A DNA stretch of 64,000 bases, from NCBI RefSeq assembly GCF_001194135.2, contig NC_068982.1, forward strand, positions 59,293,545 to 59,357,544, given 5' to 3'. The notes below the pieces were generated by a model. The model made no database searches. It was not told the origin of the DNA and was given only the letters and a program-made list of their open reading frames with translations. The stretch comes from Octopus bimaculoides. Taxonomy: Eukaryota. Below are positions 54,321 to 64,000 of this stretch, piece by piece (position 1 is the stretch's first letter; the number at the start of each line of letters is the position of its first letter). A program made the position numbers and the translations under genes.

Positions 54321-54380
54321 TGATGAACAACTTTAACTGATTTTCGAACCTTATTGGGTTCTCATCAGAAGTGCACATCA
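54321..54380 (-). ncRNA. Type I hammerhead ribozyme (intact core)
   Basis: UGAUGUGCACUU-CUGAUGA-GAACC caauaa GGUUC-GAAA-A ucag U-UA-AAGUUGUUCAUCA: stem I about 11-12 bp with a bulge, 5-bp stem II, predicted cut after the A at 54334. Confidence 0.85.
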
Positions 54381-54618
54381 AAATGACCAATCCTGGAGAA
54401 ATAAGCAACCAGTCAGTTTATATACTTAACAAATTCTGTAGCTACAGACAACTAGAGGTACTAATTTGTATGCTGTAAGTGTTCAATATCATCATATAAT
54501 ATCAGTCGCCGGTGAACAGGGTTTGCAGTCCATTTCGTATCGAAGTATAATATAATAATGTGTGTAATCTATTTCATAGATATACACATAGGGCAAATTT
54601 ATCTATTTCTTCATGGAC

Positions 54619-54678
54619 TGATGAACAGCTTTAATCGATTTTCAAGCCCTATTAGGTTTTCATCAGAAGTGTACATCA
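54619..54678 (-). ncRNA. Type I hammerhead ribozyme (second tandem copy)
   Basis: UGAUGUACACUU-CUGAUGA-AAACC uaauag GGCUU-GAAA-A ucga U-UA-AAGCUGUUCAUCA: core intact, palindromic AAUCGAUU stem III, weaker stem II; predicted cut after 54632. Confidence 0.75.
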
Positions 54679-55635
54679 ACTTAACCAATCCCAGAGAAAT
54701 AAGCAACTAATCTGCTTATATGCTTAACAAAAATTCAGTAGTTACAGAGAACTGGAGCTACTTAGCATGCCATAAGTCAACAAGGATCTCTGTCCACACT
54801 GTATCAAGGTATGATATGATAATGGGTGCACAAATGGGAAAGGAATCAATTATCATCATCATAATTGTTTAACTCCACTTTCCTAGCTGATATGGGTTGG
54901 ACGGTTTGACATGAAGCTGGCTAGTGGGGAACTGTCCAGACTTCAATTGTCTGTTGTGGCACGGTTTCTACAGCTGGATGCCCTTCCTAATGCCAACCAC
55001 TTAACAGAGTGTGCTGGGTAGTTTTTACATGCCCCTGGTGCGTAGGTGCATTTACATAGCACCAGCATGGGTGTGTTAATGCAACACCAGCATGGGTGCT
55101 TTTTAAATGGCACCAGAGCTTGAAAGGACAAGCCTGTATGTGTGGAAGACAGTGATTTTACTTAGCTTTTTGTGTCTTATCAAGTACAACAAATCACTAC
55201 ATCTCCTGGTCTCTTGTCATTTTCTCAGTGTGGCCCAGAATCTGAAGATCCTTTCTTGTAGTACAATTTATTTATTATTAAGTTGAAGCTGAGAATTCAC
55301 TGTTTCACTCATCCAAACCAGTCATGCATGTTGTGAATTTGTTCCAATTTGAAGGTGGGAAAAATTTCTAGAATGATTGAATGTATGTACACAATCAATG
55401 CACTCCTAGTAGACAGACCTGGAAGGATAAAATGCCCCCACATTATACTATAAAGTGGTTGGTGATATGGAGGATATCTTGCTGCAAAATCCACACAACC
55501 TAGCCATCCTCACAAAACCTGTCATATCCAGACAAGAGAGATTACCAGTTTTCTCTCTATTGTGGTGGGTATTGGAGGACAAAGGACTACAGCATATGTC
55601 AGCTTAGAAAAACAGATGTGAAATAAAGGAAATGT

Positions 55636-55667
<32 letters not shown>

Positions 55668-57735
55668 CTATCTATCTCTATATACAACAAACATTCTAAG
55701 AAACAGATGAGAACATATATTTTTCCTCTTTTTTTTTCTTAAAAAAAAGGTTTGGTGGAGGGTAAGTAAGAAAAGACTGACAAAAAATCACAAACTATTC
55801 AAGAAGGAAATATGTTAGACCAGAAGATAAGGCACATATTGAAAATGATGTGAAACTAAACAGGATGAAGAAAACATGCTCCTTTTAAGGTAAAGACGAA
55901 GCTGACATTCACTCACAAACAGAAAGAAGCCTGACCCTACTCCTGAAGAAACCACTGCTTTCACAATAATAATTTCTCCCTCGCAAGCTATTTCACCTGA
56001 TATCTTTGAATCTCAATTTTCTTTGCAAGATAGAGAATTTTGTGACTTCTAAACAAACATGGAGCAGATGAGGTGCAGAGATATACAGTGAGGTGAGGAG
56101 GTGGAATGGGAGGAAGAGCAGGAGGAGGAGGAAGAGGAGAAGGAGGAAACTATAGTAACACTTCCATGTCAACATATCCGTTCAGAGCTGTGGCGCACAT
56201 TCAGGAATGCACACACTGCGGCATTGCAGCTGTGTTTATATTGATCAGACCCCCAACCCATGCTAGATTCCTCAAATGTGACAAACACAAACAGCTTCAC
56301 GTCTCATTTGTTACATTTTACTCTGGTGATGAAGGTGATGGTGCAGGTGGTGGTAGTAGTAGCAGCAGTAGTAGCAGTAGTAGTAGTAGTAGTTGTAGTA
56401 GTAGTAGTAGTAGTAAGGGCAATTATTCTAGTTGTAGTGATGTTGTTGTTGCTGTTGCAGCTGGTGATGGTGGTGATGGTGGTAGTGGTGGTGGTGGTGG
56501 TGGTGGTGGTGTTGTTGGGGGTTGACATAGCAAGCCTTCTTACTTATTAATCTCTTTTTTTTTTTTTTTTTTATCTTAAGCAAAATTTTGCCTGCTTCTC
56601 TATTTAGATATTTATCAACTTCTGTAATGACAAATTTATAAACAAAAAATTGTATTTTTAAACTCTGCTATATGTTATAGTAAGTGTGTATTGCAAGATG
56701 TGTGCTAGCATCTGTGAGTGTGTGTGGATATGTGTGCGTGCATGTGTGTGTGTGTGTGTGTGTGTGTGTAGCTGTGTGCATGTCTGTGTATATATGCACG
56801 TGTATACATCAGTATATATATTGATGTGCATGAATGTACATATTTTCATATATTTCTATGCATATGTGTACACACATACATGCACACGCATATATGTATA
56901 TATTCATATGCATACATATATAGGCATATACATAGATAAAAGATATGTATATATATATATATATATATATATNNNNNNNNNNNNNNNNNNNNNNNNNNNN
57001 NNNNNNNNNNNNNNNNNNNNNNNNNNNNNNNNNNNNNNNNNNNNNNNNNNNNNNNNNNNNNNNNNNNNNNNNNNNNNNNNNNNNNNNNNNNNNNNNNNNN
57101 NNNNNNNNNNNNNNNNNNNNNNNNNNNNNNNNNNNNNNNNNNNNNNNNNNNNNNNNNNNNNNNNNNNNNNNNNNNNNNNNNNNNNNNNNNNNNNNNNNNN
57201 NNNNNNNNNNNNNNNNNNNNNNNNNNNNNNNNNNNNNNNNNNNNNNNNNNNNNNNNNNNNNNNNNNNNNNNNNNNATATATATACATATATATATATATG
57301 GCATGGAACAATTACTTTTTACTGGAGTTTGAAAATTAATTATTATTTAAGCAAGATGCTGAAGGACATTTTCAGTTAATTGTAAATTTAGAAAAAAAAA
57401 AAAAAAATAATGAATTGCTAAATTTGACATTTTCAATTCCATTACTGCTGGAACAGCAGTTTTTATCTGTACATATATTTGCATGTGTTTGAGTCTTTAC
57501 CTATTTGCATGAGTGTGTAATGTTGTAAATAAGTATATAAGCCTGTTTATACATATAAGTTTTTGTATAAATTATATTGATTCATACAAATATACAAAAT
57601 ATAAATACACACAGCACAAGAGTTTCATATTGCATTACATATCATCAACAACATTACACACCTTGCTAAAGCACAAAATATCAAGCTTCAGTCCATTCAG
57701 TGATAAAATATATCATATCACACAGCAATATATTA

Positions 57736-57770
<35 letters not shown>

Positions 57771-59874
57771 TACAATAACATCATAATAACAAAATGTCCT
57801 GTACATGCTACACCACATGATACTACAGCAGAACACTTTGCCATTTGATTTAGGCTTAGCACTTCTTATATTGGGAGATACAAATGACAGCAAGGTTCCG
57901 CTACCATAGTCAATCTGTCACAGTTCTTTTAACTTCTGTCCAACTGGTTGTAGCGCATTTGAGATCTTCTAAAAATATCTGCTGCTAGGTGTTCTTGAGA
58001 CAACCTTTTTTCCATTCTCTTTATTTCAGAATTCCTTCTGTCATGGTAAGTGACTCTGGGGCTCAAAATATTACCAGCCAAGTAAAACTAGTTCAGTACT
58101 ATGATGTTTTGCAATGGCTGACATTTACTTCATTCAAAAATGTCTTCATTTTGTAATTCCAGCTGGCCAGATGACTTTGAGGATCTTCTGCTGGCATCGT
58201 TGGTGGAATATGCCTGACTTGGCCATTTTTTGCTGATATTTTCTGTTTCAAAGTCATATAGAATCATTAGTAAAATTATTGTACTATAAAACCAGACCAT
58301 CATGTTAACACTAATGCTTGTTGTAGTTATATAACACAGTCCAACAAGATAGCCTCTAAGTGGTCTCTCGACCTGCAAAGAATAGCAGCCAAATACTCCT
58401 TAACCATCATCTGCACTATCATAAAAGTCAGAATCCTCATCCTTAGATATTATCTGATCAAACTGAATCCCAAAGATTGTTCTAACACTGGGTATGTACA
58501 ATGTGGGAGTTTCACTTTTTTCTACAGTGGTTGATAGGCAACAGCAGAATTTGAACTCAGGAAACAAGCAGCCAGAACAAATATTATGAGGCAACCCATC
58601 CAACAGCCTAATTATTCTGCAAACCCATAGATTCTAAAGACTGATATTTTATTCATCAAATCCTGAATCTCTGGGATACAAAGAGCTGAAAAAGATTCTG
58701 TAAGATATTTCAACTGATGTTCCAAAATTCTACCAATTTTCCATAAGGAAAAACACATTACATTATATGGTCCAAGATACACCCAAAACATGGAAGCATT
58801 GCTCAGCTAGGTCAGGACTCACTTTTGGCTAAGCAATTGCAGCCAGGATTTTATATATTGACAAGTCAAATGTGGTTGTGTGATTAAGAAGTTTGCTCTC
58901 CTCACACACAGTTTTAAGTTCAGTTCCACCACATGGCACCTTATGTACATCTGCTATAGTCCTAGGAAAGCAGAAACTGAAAGAAGCCCATCATGTATGT
59001 GTGTATATATATATGCTGTCTGTTTGTCTGTCTGTCTCTCTGCCTCTGTGTGTGTGTGTGAGTCTGTGTGTGCATGTGCATATTAGTGTGTATGCGCGTC
59101 TATTTATACAGAGGCACATATATGTCAATGTTTCTGCTGTTTGGATATTCCAGGTGTTAAATCTGATTTGTTATTTAACACCCCTTTTATCAATCAAACA
59201 GGTGTTAAATCACACCCACTCTCTGCTTTATCTTCCTTTCTACTTCATATCTCACCTTGATTCTAAGCTTAACACCTTATTACTATTTTCTCCAAACAAA
59301 TTATATAATCTTTAACCTTCCCAAAGACATCTTCCAGTTAAAGAGAGCAAGTGAAATATGAGACCATTATCAAGTAGTCTTTCCCACCAAAGGCAGAATT
59401 CTGCTAATGAAGTTGACATCTTTTGATTCTTTCTTTTTTAAATGTGGAACACTGTGTATAGGTTTTAGATGGGTCTATGCAAAAGTACTTTCTTTTTGTT
59501 GTTGCCACTAGATAATTCAGCAAGAACACTGTAAGGGCCCTCTACTTCAACCGTTTAACATTTAAACCAGCCATATCCAGCCAAAATATTCAGTCCTGTT
59601 TTTCGCTCCTAACTAACCAGATTCAACTTCTTGCACTTCTTCTGCAATATTATTCTGAAAATAAACAATCATGTTATTGAAATCTCAAAGCTACCAGATA
59701 ATGCACAATTAATTCAAATCAATGTGAACAGATAAGCAATCCATTTGACAGAAATTTGAATGCTATAGGTTTGAAGTGAAGTGTTTATCTGCAAAATTCT
59801 CCCATTGTTCAAGGAGATGTCTGTAAGGGGCCTCTTCTAGTGAAAATGTTTTTATATTGTGCATTTATTTTAGA

Positions 59875-60254
59875 GTGGAGGTGCAATGGCCCAGTGGTTA
59901 GGGCAGCGGACTCACAGTCATAAGATCGTGGTTTCGATTCCCAGACCGGGCGTTGTAAGTGTTTATTGAGTGAAAACACCTAAAGTTCCACAAGGCTCTG
60001 GCAGGGGATGGTGGCGAACCCTGCTGTACTCTTTCACAACTTTCTCGTACTCTTTCTTCCTGTGTCTGTTGTACCTGTATTTCAAAGGGCCAGCCTTGTC
60101 ACACTCTGTGTCATGCTGAATATCCCTGAGAACTACGTTAAGGGTACACGTGTCTGCGGAGTGCTCAGCCACTTGCACGTTAATTTCACGAGCAGGCTGT
60201 TCCACTGATCGGATCAACTGGAACCCTCATCGTCGTAACCGACAGAGTGACAAC
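59875..60254 (+). mobile_element. SINE family B (full length)
   Basis: tRNA-like head with A/B boxes; matches 11701 and 48354 copies. Confidence 0.9.
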
Positions 60255-60261
60255 CACCATT

Positions 60262-60408
60262 ACTTGACTGCTACTTATTTTATCGACCCCAAAAGGATGA
60301 AAGACAAATTTGACCTCAGCAGAATTTGAACTCAGAACATGGAAATAGATGAAATGCCACTAAGCATTTTGAGCAGCATGATAACGATTCTGCCAGCTCC
60401 CCACCTTA
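60262..60408 (-). mobile_element. SINE family C directly adjoining family B copy
   Basis: tttatcgaccccaaaaggatgaaag...gaatttgaactcagaac...gattctgccagctc. Confidence 0.75.
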
Positions 60409-60935
60409 TGATAAAGTTAATATTAATAACATATCAGGACAAGAACAAACAAGACACATCAACAACCAGATAAAAGGAAGAAAATCTGTTGTTATTGTCA
60501 ATTGCCAATTACAGCTTTGATTCAGAAAACATATTGTATCAAATAGTTGATAAAATGACAAAGTGGTGGGAGCAAATAGATTCATAGCTCCAGATATGCC
60601 ACATTTAGATCTGATTGAGAACCGCACTGCACATTTAAACATGCAGTGATTAACTGTGTGTGGTGCACTGTTTGATTATAAGCATGCTGTACTCTCTCCA
60701 CAATCAAGCTTCTCTGTATAGTTTTAAATCCTTGTGGCAATCACAACAGACTGAAGAACAGGGAACTCTGTTTCAACTTGACAGTGTGTTATTATTGGTG
60801 TTGTACATCCTAGAAGAGTGAAGCTAATATGAATAATACTGCTATTATCTCTAAGTCTATGAATATTCTTATGTTTTCCTGGACAGAGCAACAGAAATAG
60901 TGTTCTTAGGATGCTATTGTAGTAATGTGCAAGAG

Positions 60936-61192
60936 CCGTGGTTCTCAATCAGGGTCTATATGACCCTCAGGAATCCATATAAGATTTTGTTGTTAAAATT
61001 CATGTACAATAAATTACTTATACTTCTACAGTACACAAAATATTTTTAATCTTTTTTGTATAATTCCTAATGATATCTAATAAAAGTACAGTAAGATTTT
61101 ATTTATATATACATCAAATGGCTATGGAGGTCCTGCAGTGTAAAATAGGAATCAAAGGAGTTCCATCAGCAAAAAATGGTTGAGAACCACTG
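60936..61192. mobile_element. hAT (Charlie-like) MITE, related to 9516-10326
   Basis: ccgtggttctcaatc / ggttgagaaccactg; degenerate TSD tgcaagag / ttcaagaa. Confidence 0.75.
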
Positions 61193-61299
61193 TTCAAGAA
61201 TGTTGTGTATGTTTAGTGTGAGTGTGCATGAAGTTATGAAAGGTGGAACTCTTTTCAATTACTATATGTGACACTTGCATGCTCAGAAGGTCTTCTATT

Positions 61300-61602
61300 A
61301 TATTATATTTGTGCTGGTGCCATGTTAAAAACATCCGGTCCACACTGTAATGTGGTTGGCATCTGGAAGGGCATCCAGCAGTAAAACTCTTGCCAAAACT
61401 AACTTTGCCTGTGCTAGTGCCATATAAAAAGCACTGAGTTCACTCTGCACAGTGGTTGGTTTTAGGAAGGACATCCAGCCATAAAATCCCTGCCAAAACA
61501 GGCACAGCAGCCCTGGGTAGATTTTATACCTGGCCAGCTCCTATCAACCGTCCCACTCATGCATGCCTGGAAGATGGACATTAAACGATGATGATGATGA
61601 TG
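61300..61602 (+). mobile_element. Family D retroposon with internally duplicated ggttggc..ggaagggcatccagc block and (GAT)n tail
   Basis: Two ggttgg...ggaagg(g/a)catccagc motifs, then ggacattaaacgatgatgatgatg. Confidence 0.75.
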
Positions 61603-63104
61603 TGTAGGCACTCCATAGATGTGGCCTGCTTCCAGGCTGTGATGGGTAAAGATTAGTGTTATGTTTTCTGTGTAGTGTAGACACATTTAAGACCCAGGCT
61701 ACACTGACACAATTCTTGACCTGTATTAATGTAATGTTTGCATACTAATATTGTTTTGTCATAAATCTCTCTAATTGTGGTGTCTGAGATTGCACTAAGT
61801 ATGTTTACCACAACCTCTACACATGCTATGAATGTTGTAGATGTGTAGAAGGCACATGCGTGGCCGTGTGGTTAAGAAGTTTACTTCCCAACCACATGAT
61901 TTTGAGTTCAGTCCCACTATGTGGAACCATGGGCAAGTGTCTTCAACTGCAGCTCCAGGCTGACCAGAGCCTTGCAGGCGAATTTGGTAGGTGAATACTG
62001 AAACCCTTTGTATGTGTGTATGTGTGTGTGTTTTGCTTGTGTTTCCTTGTGTTGAAATCACATAAGTGTTGTAAATGAGTGTCATTATCATGCAAGCAAT
62101 TTCATTCATTTCCATTATTCTGCATAAACATGTCTGGCTATGGAGAAACCTTGTTTGGAAAGTGGAGAGAGTTGACAACGTGTATGGCATCTGTCCAGAA
62201 AAAATGGGCTTCACAAAACTCCGTCTGACCCTTGCAAATGCAGAAAGCTGAACTATTAAAAACAATAGTTAACGATGATGTTGAAACCAACAAAGGAGCC
62301 TCTATGTAGTCATTATCTTGCTAGAAATAGCAACACAATCTTCCTCAAACTTCACTTTGCTATCATAAAATAGTTGAACTTACTGATTCAAAAGTTTCTG
62401 TCTTTTCCAAATGTAATAACTTATTGTGGAAGTTATTAAATCCTTTAGTATTTAAAGTGACCATGTCCAGCTAAAATATTCTGCTTCTATAATGTTTAAA
62501 CTGGCCATATCCAACATCTCATACCTACCCTACAATGTCATTCTAAAAATAAACAATCACATCATCAAAATCTTGAAGCCACAAGATAATGCATGAGTAA
62601 TTCAAAACAATGTGAATAAATAAGCATTACATGTGACAGAATAACCTGAATGCTAAAGGGTTAAATCTATCTGTATCATAAAACTCATCCTTTACATGCA
62701 TATCCTCTGATGAAGTATATATTTATTATAAAAAAAAAACTGACTGTCATGTAATTCATATACAAGCATTTTGACATCTGTTGGGGGTCTTTTTTGGTAG
62801 CGGGGATGGTGGGGGGTGCAGTGGATAATAATTCTATGTAACTGAAAAAATGTTACCAATTCCTGTAGACATTTATTCTACAATAAACTAGTTTCCATTG
62901 TGTATTTATTTTCATATTTCCTGTACATCCTATAAACTCAAAATAAATATCAAATAGAAAAATCATACCAGAAGTTTCATCATATACATAACTGCAATTA
63001 TAAAGCTTGCTAGACTTTGTCCAACATTGAATTTTATTAGGGTCATCTCCTAAAGTTCAATGAAATTTTGAAGTACGTAATATTTTTACCCTTAAAAAAA
63101 AATA

Positions 63105-63268
63105 AGGAGTGGCTGTGTGGTAAGTAGCTTGCTTACCAACCACATGGTTCCAGGTTCAGTCCCACTGCGTGGCACTTTGGGGAAGTCTTTTCTACTATAG
63201 CCTCAGGCCGACCAAAGCCTTGTGAGTGGATTTGGTAGACAGAAACTTAAAGAAGCCCGCCGTATATA

Positions 63269-63301
<33 letters not shown>

Positions 63302-63302
63302 T

Positions 63303-63343
<41 letters not shown>

Positions 63344-63549
63344 TTGTGTGTCTGTCCCCCCACCATTGCTTGACAATCGGTGCGGGTGTGTTTATGTCCT
63401 CGTAACTTAGCGGTTTGGCAAAAAGAGACCGATAGAATAAGTACTAGGCTTACAAAGAACAAATCCTGGGGTCGATTTTCTCGACTAAAGGCGGTGCTCC
63501 AGCATGGCCGCAGTCAAATGACTGAAACAAGTAAAAGAGTAAAAGAGTA
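63105..63549 (+). mobile_element. SINE family A (full length, well preserved)
   Basis: Colinear with 9829-10240, retains CpGs, (AAAAGAGT)2 tail. Confidence 0.9.
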
Positions 63550-64000
63550 ATTTCTGCCTTACTTACATAACTCCAGAAACTGACCGGAGTAACTTCTGGT
63601 ATTGTAACAAAAAAGAAGAAGAAGAAGAAGAAGAAAATGTTGAAGCTTATGAAACAGAAACCAAAATATGTATTTTATAAAATACTTATTACTACAGTAA
63701 GACATTCAGAAACTTGTGCAGTTTTTCCTGTTTTGTTTCCAAATAAACATTTGTCCAGACGAAACAACAGCCCCTATTTGACCTAAAGTTCCCAACAGTT
63801 GAAAGGAATAAAACAAAATAAAGAAAGAGAGAAAGAAAGGAAATAGAAAAGATAACACTAAACTAAATAAATTTATAAGAATTTGTCTGTCTGCTCTGTG
63901 ATTGAATTCAAATTTTACATTTAATGCCTCAAATTTACGGTGTTGATTAATCAGAAAGCTCATAAATCCCAACACTGCTAAGTTTGGTTAATCGAAACTT

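Noticed and set aside
54617-54626. Plus-strand CTGATGA at about 54618
   Set aside because: It is the complement of the stem I 3' strand of the minus-strand hammerhead; no GAAA partner on the plus strand
57850-58603. Minus-strand ORFs (VERPLRGY...; acidic DEDSDFYDS) hinting at a piggyBac remnant or terminal exon; 16-nt plus-strand micro-exon near 58030
   Set aside because: No TIR/TTAA or catalytic motif found, frames are interrupted, and the splice signals alone are insufficient

Overview
AT-rich, repeat-dominated eukaryotic genomic DNA with about 15 N-gaps, most sitting in (AT)n microsatellites. The SINE families, microsatellite load and 5S variant suggest an octopus/cephalopod intronic or intergenic region (inference). 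No host protein-coding gene can be called with confidence; most long ORFs in the track are microsatellite or gap artefacts. Supported content: many tRNA-derived SINEs of at least four families; an RTE-tail-like short retroposon family; decayed LINE fragments (CR1-like, two RTE, two R4/Dong-like); a near full-length maT/DD37D-like Tc1/mariner with TIRs; a hAT transposase remnant; several hAT and mariner MITEs; a 5S rRNA pseudogene abutting a SINE; and a tRNA-Thr-like pseudogene. The most notable signal is a set of type I hammerhead ribozyme motifs. A tandem minus-strand pair 298 nt apart (54321-54678) has a retrozyme-like layout. A complete plus-strand hammerhead with an unusually long, branched stem II lies at 16867-16965. 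A minimal hammerhead with a non-canonical core lies at 8566-8602, and several decayed relatives are scattered through the window. All coordinates were read by eye; repeat boundaries are approximate.
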